Part shown: piece after piece, positions 28,002-52,695 of the stretch
Layout of the letters: each line of letters starts with the position of its first letter
How positions within the stretch are numbered: the first letter of the stretch is position 1
NCBI GenBank assembly: GCA_963693365.1
Contig: CAVNZM010000008.1
Location: 7,264,830 to 7,328,829, forward strand
Direction: 5' to 3'
From: Amoebidium appalachense
Taxonomy: Eukaryota > Protista > Ichthyosporea
Length of the DNA stretch: 64,000 bases
Program-made: the position numbers and the translations under genes
The notes under the pieces: generated by a model
Told to the model about the DNA's origin: nothing
What the model saw: the letters and a program-made list of their open reading frames with translations, nothing else
The model's database searches: none

Positions 28002-28195
28002 GGGGAACCCCAACTAATTGATTTCTCCTTGTAGTCTTTATGGTGTCTCGTAGAGAAAGTAAACCCTGATATATAGTCACCACCCGACATCTATGTACGT
28101 GATCATGATATACCGCTGAGGGGATATTCCGAGCAAACCCCCCCCCCCCTACCTGAGACTGGTTCTCTTTGCCTCGAGTAAACAGCGTAAACCCC
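25755..28195 (+). mobile_element. Young 5'-truncated non-LTR retrotransposon, family 1 copy A
   Basis: The RT ORF (25798-27817) is split by one extra C at ~27176 and contains YADD and GLLQGSLLSP. An 11-bp TSD CAGACCAACAT lies at 25744-25754 and 28196-28206. It is near-identical to 36410-38850 in inverted orientation. Confidence 0.95.
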
Positions 28196-28621
28196 CAGAC
28201 CAACATGCCTTGTCCTAGCAAGAATTCGAAGGGGGCGATATCAGATATCGCCCTGGCCCTGTCCCGAATTTCCTAAGAAGATCACACAGTTTGCGTTGTT
28301 TCACATGACGCCCCGCACCAGGTACGCGTGTAGGACCATGTGCAGCCCAAAAGAAACGAGCACAGTGAGCACTCCAGTGAGTCTACACGAGTCTATCGAA
28401 AGTCGAGTACATACCGCCGGGCGGCGGCCACATCTCTGGCTGGCGGGCGGCGGGTCTACGCTACTATTGGAGGCTGCTGTAACACTGCTACACGCACCTT
28501 CTAACGATTGGTCGCCCGAACAAATTCCGATCATTCCATTAACTGATCAAGCAAGTCTGTATCATGTCTCAGAAAGAGTCGCGATATGCGATGTCGTCCT
28601 CAAACCCATCTCCCCCTCTAA

Positions 28622-29200
28622 GCCCCACTGTAAAAATGCGGGCCCCCACCGGTGGGGGCCCACACTTTCAAAGGGGCGCCCCTCGGAAACTCACATACTA
28701 TATACCCCACTCTGCGCCCTTAAAAAAGCTTGTATGTGTGTCGGATTGAGGCCTACATGGGATTTTTTTATGCTCTATAGTCATGTTTTGGTAACTTTTT
28801 CTGATAACAAAAAACTAGTACTTTTGGTGGCCCACACTCAAGGCGAGTGGGGGCACATGTGAAAGCGGATGATTGGATTGGCTCGCGTCGCACCATCATT
28901 CAGTCGAGGATCGATCTGGCGCACCCAAATTTTTCAAAATGGCCGCGGCCGCGGCGCCGGCGGCAGCGCCGCCAGGATCGTATCACCAAGTATACGTAGT
29001 ACTAGTTTGTTTGTGTGTGTGTGTGTCACATGTCCGGGAGCATGTTAGTGAGTGTGCTATTGTGTGTTTTTCACTTGTGTCACGGTGTGTGTGTGTGTGT
29101 CACGGTGTGTGTATTCAAGCTGTGTGGTGTGTGCAAAGGTGTGTGTACATGTGTGTGTGCCGTGTGTACGTGTGTGTGTGTGTGTGTGTACGTGTGTGCA

Positions 29201-29285
<85 letters not shown>

Positions 29286-29297
29286 TGTGTGTGTCAG

Positions 29298-29333
<36 letters not shown>

Positions 29334-29575
29334 TCATGTGTGTTAGTGTGTAAGTGTATGGTGTGTTTGTGTGTGTGCATGTGCGTACTTGTATTTATCT
29401 GTGTGTGTACGGTGTGTGTGCTGGTGTGTGTGTGTGTGTGTGTACGATGTACATGTGTGTGCGTGTGTGTGTCTCACGGCCCCACGCGCGCATCGTGTTT
29501 GTGTGCGCGCACGTGTTGGAGCGCGTTTGTGTGAGGGTGTGACTGTAAACATATTGTGTGTGTGTGTGTGCATGC

Positions 29576-29637
<62 letters not shown>

Positions 29638-29821
29638 TCAGTGTGTGACTGTGTACGGTGTGTTTGTGTGTGTACGCGCACACTTGTGTTTGTGTGTGTG
29701 TACGGAGTGTGTACACATGTGTGTGTGTGTGTTCACGCGCACATCGTGTTTTTTGTGTGCGCAAGAGTACATGTGTGTCGGAGCGCGCATGTGTGAGAGT
29801 GTGTAAACATTGAGTGTGTGT

Positions 29822-29853
<32 letters not shown>

Positions 29854-30321
29854 CTGTGTCATGGCAATGGTGTGTGTGTGGGTGTGTGTGTGTGTGTGTG
29901 TGTGCCAGACAAATACCACAGTGACATTCAGCCAATCACAACACTCCCTCCCCCACAGACTACACGCACTCCACACCATTGGCTACCGCGACCTCAGACA
30001 CCCCTACAGCACTACAACACGTACACACGTTTACTCACAATACATATAAGCATACACACACGCGAGCAGGCAACATGGGTCTCGCCACGCACACAGCAAG
30101 AAGCAATACAACATTTAACATGGAGAGTACGCAGAGGCATGGGGCATGCACGCGCGCACCAAACAATCAGCCGCCGCTGCATCAGATTCTCCCCATACCA
30201 CTGATTAATCTCCTCATACCCCACTTAGACCCCGGCATCACTATGCAAGAAAACCCCCGAAATTCACTCACCAAAACACAAAATATAGAAGCAAACTAAT
30301 ACGAATCAGCTCAGCACATGA

Positions 30322-30383
<62 letters not shown>

Positions 30384-30439
30384 CGCCCACTTGTGTGTGT
30401 GCGCACAAGAATGTGTGTCGGAGGGTGTGAGTCTGTTAT

Positions 30440-30473
<34 letters not shown>

Positions 30474-31121
30474 GGTGGGTGTGACGGTGGGTGGGTGTGG
30501 GTGTGGGTGTGGGTGTGTGTGTCTGTGTGCATGCGCGCGCACACACATGTATGTGTGTGTGTGTGTATGTGTGTGTGTGTGTGTGTGTGACCAGGTTCGA
30601 ACAGATGGTGTGTGAGGGGGTGGGGGTAACCCGAAGGCCTAGGTTGGGGGGGGGGGGGGGGAGGGGGGGGGGGGGGGGTATGTTTGTGAAGGATTGGGGG
30701 GAGGGGGGCCGGGGGGGGGGATGTTTATGAAGAATTGGGGGGGGGGGGGGGGGGGGAGGTCATGCAAACGGGACACAAGTTGCAGGCAATGCCTTTTCAA
30801 TGATGGTGTGGTGCATGTATTACAAGTTAACTCAACTCGGCAGTACTTTCCATGTAAATTTCAAGATGCTTCTAATTGTTAATGACATTGTACTGAAATA
30901 TCGAAGAGATATGTTACATGATACGTGTAAACAAAGACATTAACAGACATTGTACAGAAATATCGCCATGGAGATATGTTACATGATACACGGAAAGAAA
31001 ATCACAAGAATCCGACACTACTAGTTGTTTGTTTCCTCTGTACACATTGGCCGCGATATACACCCAACCCCCACCAAAACGACAAAAAGCAAAAAGAAAA
31101 GAAAAAAAAAAAGGGGTGTGG

Positions 31122-31160
<39 letters not shown>

Positions 31161-31489
31161 AGAAAAAAAGAAGAAGAAGAGACGGCTGTGTTCGAACTTG
31201 GGCATGTACGACTATACATAGTGTCTGTACATCTAGTAGGCTCTGCATGCACGGTCACTATCTTAATTATACTGACCTCCCCCCCCCCCCCCCCCCCCCC
31301 CCCCCTTCTCACACACCTCCCCAGGCCCCATGGTTAAAGAAGCAAAAAAATTAATGGCAAAATTCTTGAACAACTCGTAGGACAAAAAAGGATCATATAA
31401 AAAGTTAGATGTGGAAACAACTTCACGTGCATTGTACAGGGTCAAGTACAGATAAACCTAGTTAAGGCGGTACATGTATGTGTGCACGG

Positions 31490-31567
<78 letters not shown>

Positions 31568-31843
31568 TGCGAGTGTGTGTGCGCGCGTGTGTGCGTGTGC
31601 GCGCGCGTGTGTGTGTGTGTGTGTGTGTGCGTGTGCGTGTGTATGTACATGTGTATGAGAGAGAGAGTGTGTGTGTGTGTATGTGTGTGTGTGTGTGTGT
31701 TTGTGTGCTTGTGTGTGTGTTTGTTTGTGTGTGTGTGTGTGTGTGTAACACCGTATGGTGTGTGTGTGTGTGTGTGTTCATGCGCGCACCTGTGGTTGTG
31801 CACGCAATCGTGTGTCGGAGGTTGTGCGTATGTGAGTGTGAAA

Positions 31844-31940
<97 letters not shown>

Positions 31941-32909
31941 AGTGTGTGTGCGCGTGCGTGTGTGCGTGCGTGTGCACGTGTGTGCGTGTGCGTGTGCGTG
32001 TGCACGTGCGTGCACCGTGCACGCGCACACGCACACGCACAGTCATGCACACGCACGCACAGTGTACGTAGATATAAACCAGGAACAAATTATCAAATAG
32101 AGTAAAAACCCGTGAGCAAACAAAACAGCACTACTGACCCCGTACGTTTGTGGAATACAACAGCCACAGTGCGTGCATGCCAAGCCTTTTATGCAGGCTG
32201 TTTACAAAATCCTAAAAAGGTTGCAAGTAAAAGTGTTGCACGACCAAATGCCTGTGCCTTCACTAAGAACAATGTTCTCCGTGGCCTGGCAGCTCCGACC
32301 ACTGCTGCTGCTACCGTAAAGGCACCTAGGCCTAAGTAGATGCAGTTATATATATCTTACAAATGTGGTTCCTGCACATTCAGGCTGTTTTCCTCACGTG
32401 TTCGTTTGTATATTACAAACAATAATAGCCTATGTGTAGCTTGGATCTGGTCGTTGAACACTTTACATGACTTTCTGCAGCTTTGAGTGGTCAGGTTCTT
32501 TACTGGTAGCCGTTTATGGCTATAAACAAAAGTGTGCAAAACGTTATACATAGCGTGCATGGCGTTGTAGTGTATGCAACGCTCATGTTCTGAATCTAAA
32601 CACAGACGTGACATGAAAGAGTCTATTTTGATCATATGAAAAGAGCGTCCCTTTTTTGCTAGCAAAGCAGAACAACAAGAAAAACAGCTGCGCCGCTGAA
32701 AACCGAGCCAAAGCTGCATTATCATGTATATTCATCACTGTACATACAAAATTTACCCCCTTCTTTCTCCCACGAGCAGAAACACCTCTTGAGCGAACCC
32801 CCTTTTTTCAGGGGTGTGGGCCCCCGCCGGTGGGGGCCCGCACTAATTACCGGCGAAAATCGATCTGATCGTGGGGGCCCCCACCGGTGGGGGCCCAAAC
32901 ACAGTGGGG
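28622..32909. mobile_element. PIF/Harbinger-like TIR element (4.3 kb) with decayed internal gene
   Basis: TAA TSD at 28619-28621 and 32910-32912. TIRs begin GCCCCACTGT, followed by the palindrome GGGCCCCCACCGGTGGGG(G)CCC at both ends. An internal ATG exon MAAAAAPAAAPPGSYHQ|GT lies at 28939-28989. Confidence 0.75.
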
Positions 32910-33593
32910 CTAAGAGAAAGGCCCAGAGGGCGGCCAAATGTATGAATGTATATACATATATATCCAAAATATATAAGCACGCCTCGCTTCACACTTGAAG
33001 AGGTTACCGTCGACAGTTTCCAAGGTCGCTTTCCCCGTACCTAATCTGCCCCCACTGCAGATCGATAACTACATCAGAACAGAACTTAATTCATTGGATT
33101 TTTATACACCTTCCTAACTATAATGAGCATGATAAATTTGCTGTGGGCCTATGAAGGAGGGCCTGGAATTGGAGATCAGTGAAAAGCCAGACTGAGTGAG
33201 AAATTGGCAGCCACAGTCACCACACAAAGGGTGAATGTACGTCAGTAGCCTGTGAAGCACACAGAAAGGGCCTCGACTTCGCCTCTGCAAAAATGTTGAG
33301 AATGTTTGTATTTTTGGGTAACAACCCATTTCCCTGCTTAACAGCAGTAGAATCGTTCTGCCCGTACCTCAGGAAAAGCCATGTCAACACGGGCAAGAGG
33401 TCAAGAACATATCCTGCAACTTTGGCATCTTTCACATACCTATGCATGAGGAGAAGGCCGCCCTTGGGATCCACCTGCATTGAGCAATAGTTGAAAACTC
33501 GTGTGAATGGGGCACGTGAACACATGTGCACGGCTGTCGGTTGTTTATATTACAACAACATCTGAGACCTGTAGCATACGTACACATAAACAG

Positions 33594-34572
<979 letters not shown>

Positions 34573-35688
34573 TCATCCAATTTCTAGTTCACGTCTGTCC
34601 TCTGTGAGTGTACATAACTTAAAGATGATTCTTTTTTTAACCATCTCTTCTCCACTTTTGCACGTGTTTTAGCTGCTGCTGCCACTGTCCAGTGTCACGT
34701 AGTGTGGTGTGTGATGGGGACTCGATGACTAGTCGATGTGTTTTGTGCAGTAAAGCAACAATAGTAAGAATAGAGTAAATGATCTGCTTCGGAATCCATG
34801 ACTGTGGCATTGAAGGCACTGCTTTATATAGCCTTTGACCACTCAATGGTGGCCCCTCGTACACCCATGTGGTGGGCCACTTAGGCACAGCGTGGCCGAA
34901 ATTTTTAATTCGAAGGCACAGCCAAAATACCTCTTGAAAAGCTAACTGTGCAAGTGGGGGAATAATTGACTCGGGATTTGGCCCTAGAATAAACAGAAGC
35001 AGTCGATCACCAGACCAGTTGCAGGTAACTGTAAGTAAACTGTTACTGCGAACAACTAAACATATATTCTGCAGAGAGTAATAAGGAACTAAGCATATGA
35101 ATTCACATGGTTTATGGCCCACTGGGTTTCAATAAAACCTTGTGACCTTGTGATAAAGTTAGACATGACGGTGGTTGCATACTGTGGTTAAGTCATCTCC
35201 TCGCCGAGTATCTCCTTGTCAGCCGCAGTGTCACGTACCCGCACATTTACTCGCACAAGCGCACACCCACGCACTCACACACACGCGCGCTCAAACACAC
35301 ACAAGCGCGCACACACACGTGCACACAAGCACACACACGCACAAAAAAAAGAGAAAGAAAGGAAAAAAGAAGAAGAAAGGGAGAAAAGACACGTGCACAC
35401 GACCACACACATGCACATGTACCTGCACACATGCACAGACTACAGACACACAACGCACGCACGCACACACACACACACACACATTTGTACACACACACAC
35501 ACACACACACACTGACGCGCACACACGAATTTGCCAAGTCACCCCTCCTTTTTCCAATGACAAAGTGGTGACACTTTGGCCCGGAGTCCAAGTTTCCAGT
35601 TGGACTACATTTTGGCCTGGATTTCACTTTGGCCTGCAACCCCCCCCCCCCCCCCCCCTCCCCCCCCCCCCCCCCCTTCATCGACAAT

Positions 35689-35872
35689 GTGAATGGGTCG
35701 AGACTCGGGTACTGTGGATGATGTGGGGCCCTCCCTGAGGCCTCGCTAGGCTCTGCTTTTTATATATAAGCATAATTATGCATGATACTCTTCATATGTA
35801 CATGTGAATGGTTTGGACCCATGATTAATTCCATTGTGAATGTGTGCTTCGTACTTTATGACGCATTCAAAC
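35689..35872 (+). repeat. Short interspersed repeat 'R', copy 3
   Basis: GAATGGGTCGAGACTCGGGTACTGTGGATGA..GGGCCCTCCCTGAGG..ACGCATTCAAAC followed by a C-run. Confidence 0.8.
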
Positions 35873-35961
35873 AACCCCCCCCCCCCCCCCCCTTCCCCCT
35901 CTCCCCCCTCCACGCGCGCGTGCACACACGCATGCACACAAACACACATACACCACCACGT

Positions 35962-35992
<31 letters not shown>

Positions 35993-36409
35993 GAAAAAAA
36001 AAACACGGAAAAGAAAATCATTCAGCAAGGTGAATGATATCGCACACAGCCGTGTGCATGCCGGGCTTGGAATATTCCCGGATGAATGTGCATGTTAAGC
36101 CTTACGCTTGTCGCTGCAGTCTCGATCGTTGTACGTGCATGGCAGTGTCACGCATATGCATAAAGGGAATCCGATAAGTTTGCACGCGCGCTCGCGTGTA
36201 CATGCAAATGTTTGTGCGTGCCCACAGGCACACTGAAACGCAGCTGTACATGTACGTACATGTGGCACTTAGTGCATGAATGTGTATGTGCCAAGGGTGT
36301 GACACGTGTGTGCGTATGCCGTATGCGTGCGCGTGCACATGTGCCAAAGTTTATGTGCGTCCCGAGGTCTTGTGGCCATCAATCAATCACGAAGAAAAAC
36401 ATATATATC

Positions 36410-36605
36410 GGGGTTTACGCTGTTTACTCGAGGCAAAGAGAACCAGTCTCAGGTATGGGGGGGGGGGGTTTTGCTCGGAATATCCCCTCAGCGGTATATC
36501 ATGATCACGTACATAGATGTCGGGTGGTGACTATATATCAGGGTTTACTTTCTCTACGAGACACCATAAAGACTACAAGGAGAAATCAATTAGTTGGGGT
36601 TCCCC

Positions 36606-36643
<38 letters not shown>

Positions 36644-36675
36644 GGGCTCCCCTCGGGACACTCGGTATCAGCTGG

Positions 36676-36728
<53 letters not shown>

Positions 36729-38850
36729 TGTGTGTGTGTGCGCGTGCGCTATAATTTTGTAGTGATGTGTTTCTCAAGCCAATCAATACATCTAATAAAC
36801 AGGTCGTAGTTACGCGTGTTTAGTATAAAATCAAGGATGTTGTAATTTACAGGTAGGCTATCTTTCTGGGTGTCTGTTGTGAATGTGACGTGTGTGTGTT
36901 GCGGTATTATGTGGTCTATCAAACTACATTTGGCGATACATGACCGGTTAAACTGGTGTGTGTGTGTGTTGTTTGGGCATGCAAATGATGCCACCTTATA
37001 CTTATTAGATCTCCACTGTATAGCACGTGTACAGTAAAAGCGTGGTAATTGATCAATAATACCATCAGCTAGAGAAAGACCAGTTCTACAGGAAGGTAAT
37101 ATGTATTTAGGTGTTATACACTTGCGAGTGCCATATTTGGCAATATGGTTGAGGCGGTCAGTATATATAAAACGAGACATAAGGCTTAGTTTTTCAAGGT
37201 GTATGCTTTCATCGGGTCTAGTGTCGTGTGGTATCTTTTTCCATTTGTTATATTGCGTGATTATCTTGTGATTGTGTACATGTTTAATAAGTAAGTGGCA
37301 GTCCAAAGTCACACACACACTATTGCGGGGTTTATTTGTATTTGTGCCCAGGGGAGAAGGGGAGAGAGAGGGGAGGAAAGAGGGGAGAGGTGAGGAGGGG
37401 ACAGGTCGGATAGAGAAGAGAGGGTGGGAGGGCAAATACTTCTTTAAGCGGCTTATGTGCTTATTGAATTTCAGCGCGAGATAGGATACTCTAGCAGCTA
37501 TTGGGACCAGACCATATATCGAGAGCGTTACAGGCCCAGGTTTACAACAGTTGTTAGATAGAAAGGAGGCAACTTCTGCTTCAAGGAAATTTGCCAAGGG
37601 TTTAAGCGCTCTAGTTCTCTCTTTCTTGATCCAAGCGGCGAGAAGGGGTAAACCATATTCACATGCCGGGAAGACAAAAGTGCGAATAAATGTAAGTCTA
37701 ATAGAAGGATGGAGGGGTGTGTCTTTAAAAATATTAGCCGAGAAGAAAGCTAACCGCTTACGAGCCAACTCTACCCTCTTTTCGACCATATGGGGAAACA
37801 TAACACCAACAGAATCAACCGGAACACCAAGATATTTGTATTCTGGAACTATAGGTACAGGTTTAGATGATAATGTAAATGTGTGTAAATTGTTAGCTAT
37901 ATCAGGTACAAGAACACCACATTTGTCTATGTTAAGGATCATAAGGTTTGCCTTGCACCACTCTGACACTACATCGAACAATCTTTGCAGGCGTCTAGGG
38001 GTACGGGCAAGGAGGGACAGATCATCAGCATAGAGAAGTGCAGGCGGAAAGTTATTAATAGGGTCATCGTTTTCGGCGTAAATCTTGACAGCCAAATCAT
38101 CTATAAATAGGTTAAACAAAAAGGGGCTAAGCAATGAACCCTGCAAGAGACCTCTAGTACGAGCAAAACCATATGAAAGATGCCCATTAACCACAGCTCT
38201 ACCATAGGTTTGAGACAAGAGTGCTTCTAACAGAACACCAATGCAGTGTGGTACACCCCGTGCAGCAAGCTTTTCCCATAGGAGACCAGGGGAGACAGAA
38301 TCGTAAGCAGTTTTCCAATCAATAAAGCCAACATATTGTGCACCAACTTGCATAGAATCGTGCAGTGCCATTATTTGAACATAACATGAATTGTTTTTAC
38401 GAAAAGCGGATTGGCATGGGTGTATGTGAAGAATAGATTGAAACCTAGGGTGATGTGCAAATAACCTAAGTAAGCAAGCTTCAAAGAATCTACGAACAAC
38501 CTGGGTTAGTGTAATGGGGCGAAAGGATGATATGGGGCCCTCAGAGTCCTTCTTAACTATGGGGATCACTAAGGTATCTAACCAAGATGACGGGACATGT
38601 CCACATTTAACACACCAAGAAAAGAGAGAGCTTAACATGATAGTAAGATCAGGTTTAATAGCACGATCACTTTCCTTTTGTGGGTAGGAGGGAACAAGGA
38701 TTTTAAGAAACCCAGCAGGGAGTCCATCAGGTCCACAAGACTTACTAGAGCTATAACTAGATATCACAGACCATATGGCATCGGGACTGAAAAAGGGGAG
38801 GATCGATTCTATGGGGATAGATGGGTCTACAGGCCACACAATAGGTAGGA
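36410..38850 (-). mobile_element. Non-LTR retrotransposon, family 1 copy B (5'-truncated)
   Basis: Reverse complement of copy A including the same 3' terminus GTAAACAGCGTAAACCCC. TSD not resolved. Confidence 0.95.
36749..38839 (-). CDS. Uninterrupted 696-codon LINE ORF2 segment (RT plus C-terminal domain; no endonuclease or ATG because truncated)
   Basis: Contains KSCGPDGL, SFRPITL, FIDWKTAYDSV, GLLQGSLLSPFLFN, LLYADD, YKYLGV, EYGL and ILDFILN. Confidence 0.9.
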   Translation of the reverse strand: MWPVDPSIPIESILPFFSPDAIWSVISSYSSSKSCGPDGLPAGFLKILVPSYPQKESDRAIKPDLTIMLSSLFSWCVKCGHVPSSWLDTLVIPIVKKDSEGPISSFRPITLTQVVRRFFEACLLRLFAHHPRFQSILHIHPCQSAFRKNNSCYVQIMALHDSMQVGAQYVGFIDWKTAYDSVSPGLLWEKLAARGVPHCIGVLLEALLSQTYGRAVVNGHLSYGFARTRGLLQGSLLSPFLFNLFIDDLAVKIYAENDDPINNFPPALLYADDLSLLARTPRRLQRLFDVVSEWCKANLMILNIDKCGVLVPDIANNLHTFTLSSKPVPIVPEYKYLGVPVDSVGVMFPHMVEKRVELARKRLAFFSANIFKDTPLHPSIRLTFIRTFVFPACEYGLPLLAAWIKKERTRALKPLANFLEAEVASFLSNNCCKPGPVTLSIYGLVPIAARVSYLALKFNKHISRLKKYLPSHPLFSIRPVPSSPLPSFLPSLSPSPLGTNTNKPRNSVCVTLDCHLLIKHVHNHKIITQYNKWKKIPHDTRPDESIHLEKLSLMSRFIYTDRLNHIAKYGTRKCITPKYILPSCRTGLSLADGIIDQLPRFYCTRAIQWRSNKYKVASFACPNNTHTHQFNRSCIAKCSLIDHIIPQHTHVTFTTDTQKDSLPVNYNILDFILNTRNYDLFIRCIDWLEKHITTKL

Positions 38851-39627
38851 TTTACCAAAGACAACACACCAGTATAATATCCACAAGATAGATATAACCG
38901 TATTTTTTATTTTACTTTTTCCGTGTGTCGCATATATTGTGCAAGTTCACACCTACGAGCCATATGTAGGCACGTGCACCGTGGTGCCGCCGCCACAAAA
39001 GGAATGGTTAGTCTAAGGCATGATTTCAAAAATTAAATATGTAAGATCTATGCGTGTATACTTGGTGTACAATAACGGCATTTTTCAGGGGATTGCTGAA
39101 ACGGTCAATACACAAATTGGTGAAACCAACAACACACATATCAGCATGTTTTCAAACCTGCACACAATTACTCAATGTCACATGTATAGACAAACTAGTA
39201 TTATCCCATTTGCCGATGTATAGACTAGAGGCATATTCTATCACTTGAAGGTTCCAAACCTACCCACGCACTGCGCCAGGGAGGCCAAAAAAAAAAAAAA
39301 AAAAAAAAAAACCCCACAAAATGGAATTCTCTACGAAAGCGCCAAAGTTTCACCCCCTTTGTCGCTTTCAAATTGTCACGGGTGCAAGAGAGCGAACCCT
39401 CCATAATCATGTATAACGTGACATGTAACACAATATAGCGAATCGGTAATGATCTAGGTTCATTTGATAGCCTCAAGAACAGAAAGTGATGGCCCCGTCA
39501 AACAGAACTCGCATATGCTACCTTATGACCAAATATCGAGAACACACGACATACGACACACGACACACGACCCCCCCCCCCCCCCCCCCCCCCTCCCCCC
39601 TCCCTCCCCCCCCCCCCCCCTTCCCCC

Positions 39628-39688
<61 letters not shown>

Positions 39689-39705
39689 ACACACACACAC
39701 AAAAA

Positions 39706-49855
<10,150 letters not shown>

Positions 49856-51720
49856 CTTTCAAGTTGGACAGGAAATAAAAGTGATAGATATGTGTGCTGC
49901 GCCCTAAAACATATACCTCTTTCGTTTTACCACAGAAAAAAGAAGGGAAGAAAGAGAAAACCAGAAAGAAAAAGAGCTGTCAACCGCTTTCTGTGAACTG
50001 TGAAAACAGCTTGAGCAGCTGCATGCAGCCGAAGTATGCATTGGGAACTCGTGGGCAACCGCTCCATTCTTTTGGAGCGCGGTAAAATTGATTCCTTTCG
50101 GCCGCCGCCAAGGAGCAGCTGCGGGGAGCGAGGAAATTCTTATTTATCATATAGATTTCCGTAGCAGTCTAAAACAGGTTTTTCAATAATAATAAGAAAA
50201 TTATCGATTTAATCTAGTTTTGCAGGACATACAGTAAGCGTCCTCTGAGTTCTGTGCCGAATTTGCATATCAAAAATGTTGAGCATAGAACTTTGGCCGA
50301 AAAAATTCTCCGAGTCCCGGAATTATTCTTGCCAGTTAGATGTCGCGATACGATTGGTGCCCTGGACTAATTCCAAAAAAGAAAAGCACTCTAACTTACC
50401 ATATATGGATGACACAAGTCTAAGAACCAATAGGAAGTCAAGACAACGAAATCCCTTTGCGTAACTGAGAACAGGGCGAGAGTGCAGCAAAATACACGAG
50501 TTGGGCCGCATAGACGCCCATTCAACGCTCGAGCCGCCGCCGGCCCGGCCGGCGGGACTCAGCGCTGCCATTTCGGTGGGCTCCATAGAAACGAAAAGTA
50601 AAACTAGCCCATGAAAAAACTCTGTCTTAAATGCTATAAAATTGGTATAGCGATGCATATAACTATATTCTGGTTTTATCTTCCAGCTCGCCGCGCCGCC
50701 TGCAGCCATCATACGGGAGTGTTTGTACGACTACGGGGCCAAGTGCAAGCCCCTCACCTTGCAATAACCATATAAAGTATGACGTGTCCGACAACGATTG
50801 GTAAAGCAGTCCTACCAATACCCGGCGCCGCGACACCGCCCGCCGCCGGGAGGCCGCGTTGGGGCACTGCCAGCACTGCCAGTCTGACGATTCTGCCACT
50901 GTTTTAGTCTTTGTTGTTGGGAGCTGTTGCGTTGGGTTTATGACCAGAGGGGGCCTATCTTCTCTCTGTGGTGTGGGGCGTATACATACAGTTGAAGGAA
51001 ACACTACTCTGACCAGGCCCAGGTAGGCTGACTATTACCCCCTCCTCTCCCCCCGCCCTTCCCCCCTCGTCCTCCTCCCCCCCTCCCCCCCCCCCCCCAC
51101 ACCCCCTCCTTTTCCTCCTCACCTCACACACACACACACACACACAGACACACACACGCGCGCGCACACACACAGACACGCACACACAGACACGCGCGCA
51201 CCCACGCACACACACACGCATGCACGCACACACACACGCATACGCACACGCACACGCACGCACGCACGCACGCACACACAATCACACACACTCACACATA
51301 CGCACATGCACACGCACATGCACAAACGCACACAGACACACTTACACTCGTGTTCTATTAATAGTCTATAATTTGGCTAACGGATGTTCACATGAAGTGC
51401 TTTGCTGTTAGCCCGTATTTGCTTGTCACTTAGATGGCTTAATAAACAACTCTCCTTGTGAGTGCACCCCCCCCCCCCCCCCCCCCCCTAACCACCCCTT
51501 TTCGATTTCCAAGTTTCAGGATTTCGCCCAAACAGAAGAATTATCTCTACCAGTCAATATAATAGTGCCCCGTCAGTGCTCATGTTTGTCCTTCAGTTGC
51601 ATGGTCCAAATAGATGCTCTCCTTCTCCTTGTAAAGCGGTGATTGCCCAGCCCTTGCTTTCAACTCCCCCCCCCCCCCCCCCCCCTCCCCTCCCCCCCCC
51701 CCCTCCCCCCCCCCCCCTTT

Positions 51721-51786
<66 letters not shown>

Positions 51787-52512
51787 TTTTTTTTTTTTTT
51801 TTGGGCGCCTGTTGTTTTGCTTATCATTTGTTGTTCTGGTTGATTACCTGTAATCTTCGCTTATTTTTGTGTCTGTGTATGTGTATGTATGTTGTGCGGG
51901 GTTGCACACACCGGTTTCTACTTTTCTTCCTACTGTTTTTCTCTCCACACACTTCATCTGTCCACTTCTGCATACCCCCTCTCATAGCTATAGACACACT
52001 TCCCAACATTGCGTTACGCGCACACATGCACACACCGCTCTGTTGGCGACAGCTCCCTTGGAACCCATGCGGCATGTTACCCGCCGGCATAACATAACTC
52101 GGACTATCGATTTGGCTTTTTTCAAGCCCAAAGCAATGGGTGATACCATATTTCCGGCTGACATCCGGGGGCATAGCTTTCCGTTTGAAGACGTTAAAGT
52201 TCCGCCCTAGTAAGCGTGTTACTACCCTGCGGCGTGGGTCAAACCTCATATTTCCCCCTCTGATTGCGAATTCTGCGGCCTTCGGGACTTAATTCTTTTC
52301 AGCTGGTGTAGTATGTTAGCCAGGGAAGTATCGACTTAGGTAGCGATGGGGGAGCTTCCTAGAAGCCCCGTCTCCTGAGTTCCTATGTATATTTTTCTTG
52401 CTTCTGCTTACTGCTGCAACCTTAACCCCCGGCCTTTCCCACTGCCCTTGCCTGCATAAGCAACCCTGCTCGTTTCTGATCAAGACGGGTGACCTACCCA
52501 TGTTCAATTGAA

Positions 52513-52695
52513 ACAGTATCTGAGTTGGGTTTCGTTAACGAGGTGAATAGGTCGAAACTCGGGTACTGTGGATGACGTGGGCCCCTCCTGAGGATGGGCT
52601 CTCCTTGTTATGCATACTCTTTATGTATAACTTGCATCCTGCATCGTGTTATTCGTTTGTTCTTGTGTACTTCTTACTTTTTGACGCATTCAAAC
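52513..52695 (+). repeat. Repeat 'R' copy 1 (subtype a), upstream of RCF2 coding exon 1 (probable 5'UTR intron)
   Basis: Longest copy, ending ACGCATTCAAAC plus a C-run. A putative acceptor CATTCCAG| lies at 52900. Confidence 0.9.

Noticed and set aside
28059-28195. Telomeric TAAACCC repeats at the LINE end
   Set aside because: These are isolated single words with no tandem array.
39248-39290. tRNA-like A and B boxes on the minus strand
   Set aside because: The spacing is too short and there is no cloverleaf.
52060-52510. Possible Penelope-like RT C-terminal relic (LRRRGF, LTYY)
   Set aside because: Only two short words, many stops and no GIY-YIG motif, so it is not supportable.
52545-52605. 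Hammerhead ribozyme in repeat R (CGAAAC-TCGG-GTA and CTGAGGA)
   Set aside because: The core words are present and stem III is self-complementary, but no stem I can form in any permutation I tried, and the GAAAC/stem III segment is altered in copies 3 and 6.
52570-52610. SECIS or C/D snoRNA reading of R (ATGA...CTGA)
   Set aside because: There is no 3' GA quartet or AA loop, and no canonical RTGATGA box with a terminal stem.
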